Translations under genes and position numbers: made by a program
Source: Clostridia bacterium
GTDB lineage: Bacteria; Bacillota; Clostridia; Oscillospirales; Acutalibacteraceae
Assembly: GCA_017387475.1 (NCBI GenBank)
Contig: JAFOFE010000034.1
Span: 1 to 56,546, forward strand
DNA length: 56,546 bases
Direction of reading: 5' to 3'
Shown here: one piece after another, positions 45,003 to 53,658 of the stretch
Position numbering within the stretch: the first letter of the stretch is position 1
How the letters are laid out: each line of letters opens with the position of its first letter
The notes under the pieces: model-generated
Seen by the model: only the letters and a program-made list of their open reading frames with translations
Told to the model about the DNA's origin: nothing
Database searches by the model: none

Positions 45003-45727
45003 TGAAAAAGCATATACATTCTGCAGATACTTTTGAAGTTTTGTCCGATAAAACTCCTTTTACATACCTTGAAGCATTTAAAACCTTTCGTACAAATGTA
45101 GAATTTGTGTCATCGCTTGAAAACCATAAAGCAATTATGCTTGTAAGTTCACTATCGGGCGAAGGCAAAACTACAGCTTCAATCAATTTAGCTATTGCAC
45201 TTGCTCAAAACGGCAAAAAAGTAGTCCTTTGCGATTGCGACCTTCGCAGACCTAAAGTACAACGCTATTTAAGAATTAAGGCTGCATCACAAAATGGTGT
45301 CAGCACCGTTCTTGGTGGAGAATGTTCGGTAGATAACGCTATCGGTTATGTAGAAGACTTCGGCATTTACGTTATGCTTTCGGGCCATACACCACCAAAC
45401 CCGGGTGAACTTTTAGCGTCTGAAAGAGCAAAAGCTATGATAGATGAACTTAAAACCAAGTTCGACTATGTAATTTGCGATACACCACCTGTTTCTGTTG
45501 TATCCGATACTTTAGCATTCAGTAAACATACAGACGGCGCTGTTATGGTTGTGCGTCAAAACTACGCTTCCAGAGCAGAAATTCAAGAAGCTGTTGCAAA
45601 GTTAAAGAATGTAGAAACTAAAATGCTTGGTATGGTATTAAACGACTACGACTCTAGAAAAGATATTAACTATAAATACGACAAGTATTATAGTTACAAG
45701 AACTATTATGTCAAATATAAGTATTAA
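45002..45727 (+). CDS. cpsD: CpsD/YwqD-type BY-kinase (protein tyrosine kinase)
   Basis: Walker A SGEGKTT, Walker A' VVLCDCDLRRP, Walker B ICDTPP, C-terminal Tyr cluster YKYDKYYSYKNYYVKYKY. Confidence 0.9.
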   Translation: MKKHIHSADTFEVLSDKTPFTYLEAFKTFRTNVEFVSSLENHKAIMLVSSLSGEGKTTASINLAIALAQNGKKVVLCDCDLRRPKVQRYLRIKAASQNGVSTVLGGECSVDNAIGYVEDFGIYVMLSGHTPPNPGELLASERAKAMIDELKTKFDYVICDTPPVSVVSDTLAFSKHTDGAVMVVRQNYASRAEIQEAVAKLKNVETKMLGMVLNDYDSRKDINYKYDKYYSYKNYYVKYKY

Positions 45728-46424
45728 CGGCTTCGCCGATATACACACCCATATTTTACCTAATATGGATGATGGCGCATCTTCGCCCGAAGAATCTTTA
45801 CGCTTACTTATAGAAGAACAAAAGCAAGGTATAACAGATGTTGTTCTAACGCCACATTTTAACCCTGCCGGCGAAAGCGTAGAAGACTTTTTGGCTAGAA
45901 GACAGGCTGCATTTGATATTCTTTCTAAAGAAATTAAGGAAAGTAGTTTGCAAATTGACCTTAATTTGCATCTTGGCGCAGAAGTAAGGTACGACCCTAA
46001 TCTCATTTATTCCGATGTGTTTAGTCTTTGCATAGGCAATACATCTTATATGCTTTTAGAACTTACCAACACCTATCCCTTTAATTTCGAACAAACAATC
46101 AATTGGCTTATATCTCGTGGTATTAGCCCTGTGCTTGCTCACATAGAAAGATATGACTTTTTAATCTCAAACAAAAAACTGCTCGACGAGTTGCTTTACA
46201 CAGGCGTTGTTTTCCAGTGTAATGCATCAAGTCTTTTTAGCAGATACTATGCTAGACGTGTAAAAAAACTTATGAAAAATGGTTACGTACAGGTTTTAGC
46301 ATCAGATACACATAATACTAAAGAACGTCCACCAAGACTACAAGAAGGACTTAAAAAAGTTTCTAAATTTTCTGAACAATTAGCGAAAAACTCTATTAAA
46401 TTAATGGAAAATCAGCTAGTATAG
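45708..46424 (+). CDS. cpsB: CpsB/YwqE-type PHP-family phosphotyrosine phosphatase
   Basis: DIHTHILPNMDDGA N-terminal metal motif; later HIERY and SDTHN. Confidence 0.9.
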   Translation: MSNISINGFADIHTHILPNMDDGASSPEESLRLLIEEQKQGITDVVLTPHFNPAGESVEDFLARRQAAFDILSKEIKESSLQIDLNLHLGAEVRYDPNLIYSDVFSLCIGNTSYMLLELTNTYPFNFEQTINWLISRGISPVLAHIERYDFLISNKKLLDELLYTGVVFQCNASSLFSRYYARRVKKLMKNGYVQVLASDTHNTKERPPRLQEGLKKVSKFSEQLAKNSIKLMENQLV

Positions 46425-46454
46425 TCTTGGTAGACACGCTTTTTCGGAGGCATT

Positions 46455-48392
46455 ATGATCAAATCATCATTTATTCGCAGACTAACTTTAATTTTAATAG
46501 ATTTAGCCTGCTTTGTTGCAATATTCACTGCTTCGTTTGTTATATCGGAATATTTTTCTTCAACAAGCGTAAAGCTAGATATTGCTGCATCTTACTTCAT
46601 AACAGGCTGCATTTTTGGTGGAATACTACTGCTTTCGCGTTTGGTATTCTCGGTATATACAAACGTGTGGCGTTATGCAAACTCAAAAGCCTACTTAACT
46701 ATGGTTTTTTCCGATATTGTCGGTGGTTTAGTAGCTCTATTCGTTTCCTACGCTCTAGACGATTATTCGCTTTATATGGGCGTATGGCAAAGTGTTGTTA
46801 ACGTAGCTTTGTATTGTCTTGCAACCCTTACACTTCGTTTCGGTTATCAGCAATATTATCGCCACTTCAACCTTAATCTCGACTATCTCAATAAAATCGG
46901 TGTTGCAATTGTTGGTGCAGGTCAAGTAGGTACACTTCTTGCCGAAGAACTTAAATATAATAAAACTTCGCACTATCGTCCTATTTGCTTTATCGATAAA
47001 AGTGCCGATAAAATCGGTGGTAAAATTGCCGATTTAAGAGTATATAAAGAAGATGAACACGTAATAGATAAAATCAAAGATTTACCTGTTCAAGAAATCT
47101 TTATAGCGCTTCCTAATATCGATGGCGAAACAGCAAAAAAACTTCTCGATTTTTATTCAAAAACAGGCTGTAAAGTAAAACTTTATGACTTCCCAATAAA
47201 CCAAAAAGAAGGGGAAGAAAACTCTAAGCGTGTGCTTCGTCCCTTCAATATCGAAGACCTTCTTTTCCGTGATGCATTAAAAATTGCAGATAACGGAATG
47301 AAAAACTTCTATAAAGACAAAACCGTTCTTGTTACAGGTGGTGGTGGTTCAATTGGTAGCGAACTCTGCCGTCAGGTTGCAAAGCGTTCTCCAAAGCAAC
47401 TCATCATACTCGATATTTACGAAAACAATGCTTACGAAATTCAGCAAGAACTTTTAAGAAAATATCGTGATAAGTTAGACTTGCGTGTAGAAATTGCTTC
47501 TGTTCGCGACCCCGACAGATTAGATGCAATATTCAACCATTACAAACCCGAAATTGTCTTCCACGCTGCTGCACATAAGCACGTTCCCTTAATGGAGCAC
47601 AGCAGTTGCGAAGCGGTTAAAAATAACGTTTTCGGCACTTATAATGTTGCAAATGCTGCCGAAAAACATTCGGTAAAAAGGTTTATTTTAATCTCGTCCG
47701 ATAAGGCAGTTAACCCAACAAATATTATGGGTGCTACCAAACGCCTTTGCGAAATGGTAGTTCAGTGCCGTGAAAACAGTAACACATCGTTCTCTTGTGT
47801 TCGTTTCGGAAACGTTCTTGGTTCTAACGGTTCGGTAATTCCTCTCTTTAAATCGCAAATCGAAAAGGGTGGACCTATCACCATTACCGATAAGCGTATC
47901 ATCCGTTACTTTATGACCATACCCGAAGCTGCGCAACTTGTTATGGAAGCAGGCTTCTTGGCAGAACGTGGAGAACTTTTTGTTCTCGATATGGGCAAGC
48001 CTATTAAAATAATAGACCTTGCCGAAAATATGATAAAACTTTCGGGTTACAGACCTTACGAAGATATCGATATCGTTGAAGTTGGTCTTCGTCCGGGCGA
48101 AAAACTTTATGAAGAGCTTCTTATTAAAACCGAAACTCTTGATAAAACCGAAAACAACCTTATCTTCATTGAACGCGATCAACCTTTATCACGTCGCGAT
48201 GTAGATAAAAAGCTTTCGGCACTTAAAAAGGTTTTAGATTCCACAAAGGGCGAAATCAATAGCGAAAAAATTAAAAAAGCTATGAAAAAGGCAATTTCAA
48301 CCTATCACGATCCCGAAGAAGTAAACTGCAAAGCTGAAGAATCTGAAGAAATGAATAACATTAAAGATGTCAGCGAAACGGTGAAGATTTAA
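46455..48392 (+). CDS. capD: CapD/WbpM-like membrane-bound NDP-sugar 4,6-dehydratase/epimerase
   Basis: 4 N-terminal TM helices, Rossmann motifs GAGQVG and VTGGGGSIGSE, SDKAV, YxxxK-type region. Confidence 0.9.
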   Translation: MIKSSFIRRLTLILIDLACFVAIFTASFVISEYFSSTSVKLDIAASYFITGCIFGGILLLSRLVFSVYTNVWRYANSKAYLTMVFSDIVGGLVALFVSYALDDYSLYMGVWQSVVNVALYCLATLTLRFGYQQYYRHFNLNLDYLNKIGVAIVGAGQVGTLLAEELKYNKTSHYRPICFIDKSADKIGGKIADLRVYKEDEHVIDKIKDLPVQEIFIALPNIDGETAKKLLDFYSKTGCKVKLYDFPINQKEGEENSKRVLRPFNIEDLLFRDALKIADNGMKNFYKDKTVLVTGGGGSIGSELCRQVAKRSPKQLIILDIYENNAYEIQQELLRKYRDKLDLRVEIASVRDPDRLDAIFNHYKPEIVFHAAAHKHVPLMEHSSCEAVKNNVFGTYNVANAAEKHSVKRFILISSDKAVNPTNIMGATKRLCEMVVQCRENSNTSFSCVRFGNVLGSNGSVIPLFKSQIEKGGPITITDKRIIRYFMTIPEAAQLVMEAGFLAERGELFVLDMGKPIKIIDLAENMIKLSGYRPYEDIDIVEVGLRPGEKLYEELLIKTETLDKTENNLIFIERDQPLSRRDVDKKLSALKKVLDSTKGEINSEKIKKAMKKAISTYHDPEEVNCKAEESEEMNNIKDVSETVKI

Positions 48393-49028
48393 ATGAAAAT
48401 ATGTTACATTATAGGGGCAGGGGAACTGCCCCTGCTTTATATCAAAAAAGAAAACAGTATGGTTATTGCAGCCGATGGTGGTTTTTCTAAATTAGAAAAT
48501 ATTACACCGGATATTACGGTTGGCGATTTCGATTCACTCGGTTTTGTGCCAAACGGAAATACAATAACCCTGCCAACTAAAAAAGATGTAACCGATATGA
48601 AATATGCTACCGAAGTTGGCATAGAAAAAGGTTTTAATACCTTCGTTATCTACGGTGGCACGGGTGGCAGACCCGACCATACCTTTGCGAATTATGCACT
48701 GCTTGCATCGTTGGCCGAACAAGGCTGCACAGCATATCTAATAGGCGAAGGTTTTGTTGCAACAGCAATATGCAATTCTAGCATCCTGCTGCCTACAAAG
48801 AATTCGGGCACAGTATCGGTCTTTTCGGCAAGTTCTGTGTCTAACGGCGTTACCATTGAAGGCCTTGAATATACACTTCAAAACAGTGATTTAACCTTTA
48901 GTCAACCACTTGGCGTAAGCAATTCTTTTATAGGTGCTAAAGCGAAAATATCTGTCAAAGACGGAACTCTTCTTATAATGTGGGAAGAAGAAAATATTAA
49001 AGATTTTATTGACAATCTTTATAACTAG
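48393..49028 (+). CDS. thiN: Thiamine pyrophosphokinase
   Basis: VIAADGG, GDFDS, KDVTDM, GGTGGRPDH. The ATG immediately follows the capD stop. Confidence 0.85.
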   Translation: MKICYIIGAGELPLLYIKKENSMVIAADGGFSKLENITPDITVGDFDSLGFVPNGNTITLPTKKDVTDMKYATEVGIEKGFNTFVIYGGTGGRPDHTFANYALLASLAEQGCTAYLIGEGFVATAICNSSILLPTKNSGTVSVFSASSVSNGVTIEGLEYTLQNSDLTFSQPLGVSNSFIGAKAKISVKDGTLLIMWEEENIKDFIDNLYN

Positions 49029-49064
49029 TTATATAATCTTCTTGCCAAGCAGAAAACTAAATAT

Positions 49065-49146
49065 TAATCAGGGGTGCCGCAAGGCTGAGATGAGTGTTAC
49101 TCAAACCCTTTAACCTGATATGGATAATGCCGTCGTAGGGAGATTA
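49065..49146 (+). promoter_or_regulatory. TPP (THI-box) riboswitch
   Basis: GGGGTGC…GCTGAGA…ACCCTTTAACCTGATATGGATAATGCCGTCGTAGGGA matches the THI-box consensus. P1 pairs taatc with gatta. Confidence 0.88.
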
Positions 49147-49165
49147 GCTTTGTTTCAAATAATTT

Positions 49166-49201
49166 TTACCGCACGGAATTTTCTGTGCGGTAATTTTATT
49201 T
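49166..49201 (+). terminator. Riboswitch expression-platform terminator
   Basis: ttaccgcac … gtgcggtaa stem followed by ttttattt. Confidence 0.7.
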
Positions 49202-49216
49202 GAAAGGAGAAAAAAT

Positions 49217-49786
49217 GTGAAAAAGTCAAACACCAGAAAAATTGCCGTAAGTGCCATGCTTATTGCTTTGGGAGCAGTTCTGAGCTTAATCAAAATCTGG
49301 ACAAATCCCTGGGGTGGAAGCGTTACAATGCTTAGCATGGTGCCCATAGTTTTAATTTCTGTTATGTTCGGTACACCGTGGGGTCTGTTTTCATCTTTTG
49401 TATATGCCCTTGTTCAAATCGGTGTAGACCTTGCCGGTATGATGGGCTGGGGTATGGACGTAAGAATGTGGGTAGGCGCCATTGTTTTCGATTATCTTCT
49501 GGCCTATACTGCTATTGGCCTTGCAGGTGTATTTCGTAAAAAAGGCGCTGCAGGTGCATGTGTGGGAACGGTTATTGCGCTTTGTGTAAGGTTTGTAAGC
49601 CACTTTATTTCGGGATATATCTTCTTCGATATCTGGATGCCCGAAACATTTTCTAACCCTGCAGTTTATTCTGTGGTTTATAACGGTACCTATATGTTGC
49701 CCGAACTTGTGTCAACTGCAGTTGTTGTCGTTGTTCTTTACAAGACTAACGCAATTAAACGAATACTAAACCAAATTGAAAAATAA
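49217..49786 (+). CDS. thiT: ECF-type thiamine transporter S component ThiT
   Basis: GTG start 7 nt after AAAGGAG. 6 TM helices. N-terminal TRKIAVSAMLIALGAVLS…PWGGSVT typical of ThiT. Directly downstream of the TPP riboswitch. Confidence 0.85.
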   Translation: MKKSNTRKIAVSAMLIALGAVLSLIKIWTNPWGGSVTMLSMVPIVLISVMFGTPWGLFSSFVYALVQIGVDLAGMMGWGMDVRMWVGAIVFDYLLAYTAIGLAGVFRKKGAAGACVGTVIALCVRFVSHFISGYIFFDIWMPETFSNPAVYSVVYNGTYMLPELVSTAVVVVVLYKTNAIKRILNQIEK

Positions 49787-49790
49787 AAAT

Positions 49791-49817
49791 AAAGGGCTCG
49801 AAAGAGCCCTTTATTTG
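49791..49817 (+). terminator. Rho-independent terminator after thiT
   Basis: aaagggctc gaaa gagcccttt atttg. Confidence 0.75.
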
Positions 49818-49881
49818 TTGCAAATTTTGTCCTTATGTGGTAATATTATCTATTAGAAGTTGAAATTTCTTTGGAGGAAAT

Positions 49882-50589
49882 ATGTTAAAACTTGAAAATA
49901 TAACCTATAAGGTTGAAAATAAAACCATACTCGATAATATATCACTCACAATAGACGAACGCTTTGTTGCGATTACAGGCCCTAACGGCAGTGGTAAGTC
50001 TACCCTTGCAAAAATTATTGCAGGCATTATTCCTGCCACTTCGGGTAAAATTTATCTCGACGGCGAAGATATAACCGACCTTTCTATTACAGATAGGGCA
50101 AATAAAGGTATAAGCTTTGCTTTCCAACAACCTGTTCGTTTTAAGGGTATAACCGTAATGGATTTAATTTCGTTAGCTTCGGGTAAAAAACTTTCGGTTG
50201 CCGAAGCTTGCGAATTTTTAGCCGAAGTTGGTCTTTGCGCAAGAGATTATATTAAGCGTGAAGTAGATGGTTCACTTTCGGGTGGCGAACTTAAAAGAAT
50301 TGAAATTGCAATGATAAATGCAAGGGGTACAAAGCTTTCGGTGTTCGACGAACCCGAAGCAGGTATTGACCTTTGGTCTTTCCAAAACTTAATTAAGGTT
50401 TTTGAAAAAATGCACGAAAAAAATCGTGGTTCAATTCTAATTATTTCACACCAAGAAAGAATACTCGATATTGCCGATAAAATTTTAGTTTTAAAGGCAG
50501 GCAAAATAGATAAAATAGGCACAAAAAATGAAATTATGCCCTCACTTTTAGGCATAGACTCAGGTTGCCGTTATGTGAAGGAGGGTTAA
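49882..50589 (+). CDS. sufC: SufC-like ABC ATPase
   Basis: Walker A GPNGSGKST, signature LSGGELKR (SufC-like SGGExKR), Walker B LSVFDEPEAGID, H-loop ISH. Confidence 0.75.
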   Translation: MLKLENITYKVENKTILDNISLTIDERFVAITGPNGSGKSTLAKIIAGIIPATSGKIYLDGEDITDLSITDRANKGISFAFQQPVRFKGITVMDLISLASGKKLSVAEACEFLAEVGLCARDYIKREVDGSLSGGELKRIEIAMINARGTKLSVFDEPEAGIDLWSFQNLIKVFEKMHEKNRGSILIISHQERILDIADKILVLKAGKIDKIGTKNEIMPSLLGIDSGCRYVKEG

Positions 50590-50593
50590 ATAA

Positions 50594-51511
50594 GTGGATG
50601 CAATTCAAAAGAATTTGTTAGAACAAATTACCGGTCTTCACGAAGTGCCACAGGGCGCATATTCGCTAAGAATAAACGGCTCGCTTCACGGCAAAAATTC
50701 TTCCGAAAACATTGAAGTTGTAAAAAAGGAAGACAAACCCGGAATAGATATTTATATTAAAGCAGGCACCAAAAACGAAAGTGTCCACATTCCCGTTTTG
50801 CTATCAAGCACAGGCCTTAAGGAACTCGTTTATAACGATTTCCATATTGGCGAAGACTGCGATGTTACAATAGTTGCAGGCTGTGGTATCCACAACGGAG
50901 GCGATGCCGATAGCGAGCATAGCGGAATTCACGCTTTCTATCTTGCTAAAAACGCTAAACTTAAATATGTAGAAAAGCATTATGGCTCGGGCGAGGGAAG
51001 CGGCAAAAGGGTTATGAACCCAACTACCATTATAGACCTTGCCGAAAACGCTTATATGGAAATGGATACTGCACAAATTAAGGGTGTAGATGATACCATT
51101 AGAAACACCAAAGCAACTCTAGCAGCAGGCGCTACCTTAAAGGTTGGCGAAAAGCTTATGACGCACGGCAACCAATATGCAGAAACCCGTTTCGAAGTAG
51201 ATTTAAACGGCGAAAATTCAGGTGTTCACGTAGTTTCCCGTTCGGTTGCTAAAGAAAACTCAAAACAACTTTTCGTTTCCCGTGTGAATGGAAATAATGC
51301 TTGTTCGGGGCACACCGAGTGTGATGCTATTATTATGGATAACGCTTCGGTTTCTGCCGTTCCCGAAATTATGGCAAACCATACCGACGCACAGCTCATT
51401 CACGAAGCAGCTATCGGAAAAATAGCAGGGGAACAGCTTATAAAACTTATGACACTGGGTCTTACCGAAAGTCAGGCCGAAGAACAAATCATTAACGGTT
51501 TCTTGGTATAA
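50594..51511 (+). CDS. SufB/SufD-domain protein (short, SufD-like)
   Basis: GTG start after GGAGGG. Beta-helix-like repeats; C-terminal HEAAIGKIAGEQLIKLMTLGLTESQAEEQIINGF resembles the SufBD C-terminal motif. Confidence 0.7.
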   Translation: MDAIQKNLLEQITGLHEVPQGAYSLRINGSLHGKNSSENIEVVKKEDKPGIDIYIKAGTKNESVHIPVLLSSTGLKELVYNDFHIGEDCDVTIVAGCGIHNGGDADSEHSGIHAFYLAKNAKLKYVEKHYGSGEGSGKRVMNPTTIIDLAENAYMEMDTAQIKGVDDTIRNTKATLAAGATLKVGEKLMTHGNQYAETRFEVDLNGENSGVHVVSRSVAKENSKQLFVSRVNGNNACSGHTECDAIIMDNASVSAVPEIMANHTDAQLIHEAAIGKIAGEQLIKLMTLGLTESQAEEQIINGFLV

Positions 51512-51516
51512 AAAAT

Positions 51517-51821
51517 AAAACCACGACAAAGGGACACACTCCATAGGGCAATGTCGCTTAAAAACGTGAAATTTTTGCGGTATTATGTGTTAAAAACCCA
51601 CGGCACGCGTCAGCGTTGCCGTGGGTTTTCGCCTTTACTACCACTAAAAATTTTCGTTTTTAAGTGCTTCGCAGTTTTGTAATCTTCAAATTTATATTCG
51701 AGACGAAGCCGAAAAATGCAGGAATACTTCCGTATTTCAAGGCTTTTCGGCAAGTCTTCGGATTAAATTTATTTTCCAAAACCGATACTGCTCTATGGAG
51801 TGTGTCCCAAGTCGTGGTTTT
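51517..51821. repeat. ~305-bp element bounded by inverted repeats, highly structured and non-coding (MITE-like or structured RNA)
   Basis: The reverse complement of IR-L (51517-51546, aaaaccacgacaaagggacacactccatag) matches IR-R (51793-51821) over 16 + 10 bp, with a 3-4-nt internal mismatch. A nested long imperfect hairpin (about 51554-51668) is centred on a 13-bp terminator stem. Confidence 0.5.
51593..51629. terminator. Bidirectional terminator hairpin inside the IR-bounded element
   Basis: aaaacccacggca cgcgtcagcgt tgccgtgggtttt, a 13-bp stem with A/T flanks. Confidence 0.7.
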
Positions 51822-51827
51822 TCTTTT

Positions 51828-52103
51828 CTATTTATCAGCTAAAGCTCTTTCTAACCAAGTAACAGCAAACTGCATTGCTTCTGCAAAACCGTTTTTCTCG
51901 GTAGATTTTGTAATATTGTCAAGCTTTTCAGAATCATTTTTAATGAGCATAACTTTAATTTTGTCAGCCACTTCAAGTTCACCTTCGGTGTGAGAAGTTA
52001 AAATTTCAAGCTTAATAACATACTTTTCACTCATATCGCCGTAATACACGGTGTTTCCTTTGCGTACAAGGGGTTTGTCTTTATAGTTTAAAAAATCACT
52101 CAC
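51828..52103 (-). CDS. Hypothetical 91-aa soluble protein
   Basis: AAAGGAGAAG RBS and a consensus promoter upstream. No motif recognised. Confidence 0.7.
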   Translation of the reverse strand: MSDFLNYKDKPLVRKGNTVYYGDMSEKYVIKLEILTSHTEGELEVADKIKVMLIKNDSEKLDNITKSTEKNGFAEAMQFAVTWLERALADK

Positions 52104-52144
52104 TGTGCTTCTCCTTTAAAGTAATCTAGTTTAAATCTCTATAA

Positions 52145-52173
52145 ATTATATACTAAATATTATATACTGTCAA
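52145..52173 (-). promoter_or_regulatory. Perfect consensus SigA promoter (TTGACA-N17-TATAAT) for the 91-aa gene
   Basis: The minus strand reads TTGACA gtatataatatttagta TATAAT (plus-strand tgtcaa at 52168-52173, attata at 52145-52150). Confidence 0.6.
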
Positions 52174-52183
52174 GAGTTGGCCC

Positions 52184-52212
52184 TTGACAAGTTGTAGTTT
52201 TTTTTGTAAAAT
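52184..52212 (+). promoter_or_regulatory. SigA-type promoter for glyQS (TTGACA-N17-TAAAAT)
   Basis: TTGACA at 52184-52189, TAAAAT at 52207-52212. Its -35 is the inverted-repeat partner of the divergent promoter's -35. Confidence 0.5.
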
Positions 52213-52245
52213 TGTTTAGTATATAATTATATGGAGGTTTTCTTT

Positions 52246-53619
52246 ATGAATAACAGTGAAAAATCTATGGATACCGTAGTTGCTCTTGCAAAAGCTCGTG
52301 GCTTTGTTTATGCAGGTAGCGAAATTTACGGTGGACTTTCAAATAGCTGGGATTACGGTCCGTTAGGTGTCGAATTCAAAAACAACGTTAAACGTGCTTG
52401 GTGGAAGAAATTCGTTCAAGAAAATAAGTATAACGTTGGGCTCGATTCTGCTATTATAATGAACCCTGAAACTTGGGTTACATCAGGTCACGTTGGTGGC
52501 TTCTCCGATCCTCTTATGGACTGTAAATCTTGCCACGCAAGACATCGTGCCGATAAGCTTATAGAAGATTTTGGTGGTCACGCTGAAGGTATGACCTTCG
52601 AACAAATGAGCGAATACATAAAAGAAAACGGCATTAAATGTCCCGAATGTGAAAGCCAAGATTTTACTGATATTCGTAAATTTAACCTTATGTTCAAAAC
52701 TTTTATCGGTGTTACTGAAGATGCAAAGAATGAAGTTTATCTTCGTCCTGAAACAACACAGGGCATCTTTGTAAACTATGCTAACATTCAGCGTTCTACC
52801 CGTAAAAAATTACCTTTTGGTGTTTGCCAAATCGGTAAATCTTTCCGTAACGAAATCACCCCCGGTAACTTTATCTTCCGTACCCGTGAATTCGAACAAA
52901 TGGAATGTGAATTCTTCTGCAAACCCGATACCGACCTTGATTGGTTCTATTATTGGAAAGATTTCTGCAAAAACTGGCTTCTCGATTTAGGCCTTAAAGA
53001 AGAAAATCTTCGTCTTCGTGACCACGAAAAAGAAGAACTTTCTTTCTATTCTAAAGCTACTACCGATATCGAATTTTTATTCCCATTCGGTTGGGGTGAA
53101 CTTTGGGGTATTGCCGACCGTACTAACTATGACCTTGGTCGTCATCAGGAAGCAAGTGGTAAATCTCTTGAATATTTTGACCAAGAAACAAACGAACATT
53201 ACGTTCCCTATGTAGTTGAACCTTCTCTTGGCGCAGACCGTGTAGCACTTGCATTCCTTTGCGATGCTTACGACGAAGAAACCGATGAAAAGGGCGAAAC
53301 CAGAGTAGTTCTTCGCTTACATCCTGCACTAGCACCCTTCAAGTGCGCAGTTCTTCCTCTTTCTAAAAAGCTTGCAGAACCTGCAGGTGAAGTGTTCGAT
53401 ATGTTAGCAAAACACTTTATGGTAGATTATGACGATGCAGGTTCTATCGGTAAGCGTTACCGTCGTGAAGACGAAATCGGTACACCTTTCTGCATCACTT
53501 ACGATTTCGATTCGCTCGAAGATGGCTGTGTAACCGTTCGCGATCGTGATACTATGGAACAAACCAGAGTGAAAATCGACGAACTTAAAGATTACATCGC
53601 TGCTAAAATTGAATTCTAA
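52246..53619 (+). CDS. glyQS: Glycyl-tRNA synthetase (class II, alpha2 GlyQS type)
   Basis: [14 protein letters not shown]…[47 protein letters not shown]. The start is set at ATG 52246 after GGAGG. Confidence 0.95.
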   Translation: MNNSEKSMDTVVALAKARGFVYAGSEIYGGLSNSWDYGPLGVEFKNNVKRAWWKKFVQENKYNVGLDSAIIMNPETWVTSGHVGGFSDPLMDCKSCHARHRADKLIEDFGGHAEGMTFEQMSEYIKENGIKCPECESQDFTDIRKFNLMFKTFIGVTEDAKNEVYLRPETTQGIFVNYANIQRSTRKKLPFGVCQIGKSFRNEITPGNFIFRTREFEQMECEFFCKPDTDLDWFYYWKDFCKNWLLDLGLKEENLRLRDHEKEELSFYSKATTDIEFLFPFGWGELWGIADRTNYDLGRHQEASGKSLEYFDQETNEHYVPYVVEPSLGADRVALAFLCDAYDEETDEKGETRVVLRLHPALAPFKCAVLPLSKKLAEPAGEVFDMLAKHFMVDYDDAGSIGKRYRREDEIGTPFCITYDFDSLEDGCVTVRDRDTMEQTRVKIDELKDYIAAKIEF

Positions 53620-53623
53620 TAAT

Positions 53624-53656
53624 AAAAGCACCAAACTTAATGTTTGGTGCTTTTTC
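53624..53656. terminator. Bidirectional terminator between the convergent glyQS and apgM
   Basis: aaaagcaccaaac ttaat gtttggtgctttt. Confidence 0.85.
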
Positions 53657-53658
53657 TT

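Noticed and set aside
46427-46801. 124-aa plus-strand ORF overlapping the start of capD in another frame
   Set aside because: The capD frame has a GGAGG RBS, TM helices and downstream Rossmann motifs. The alternative frame is Cys/Phe/Arg-rich nonsense.
51664-51993. 109-aa ORF spanning the IR-bounded element and running antisense into the 91-aa gene
   Set aside because: It has no RBS, crosses the right inverted repeat, and lies antisense to a gene with a consensus promoter and RBS. Its composition is typical of a non-coding AT-rich region.
52104-52245. T-box or other riboswitch leader upstream of glyQS
   Set aside because: The whole intergenic region is about 140 nt and is occupied by two divergent promoters. 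The predicted 5' UTR is about 27 nt, too short for a T-box.
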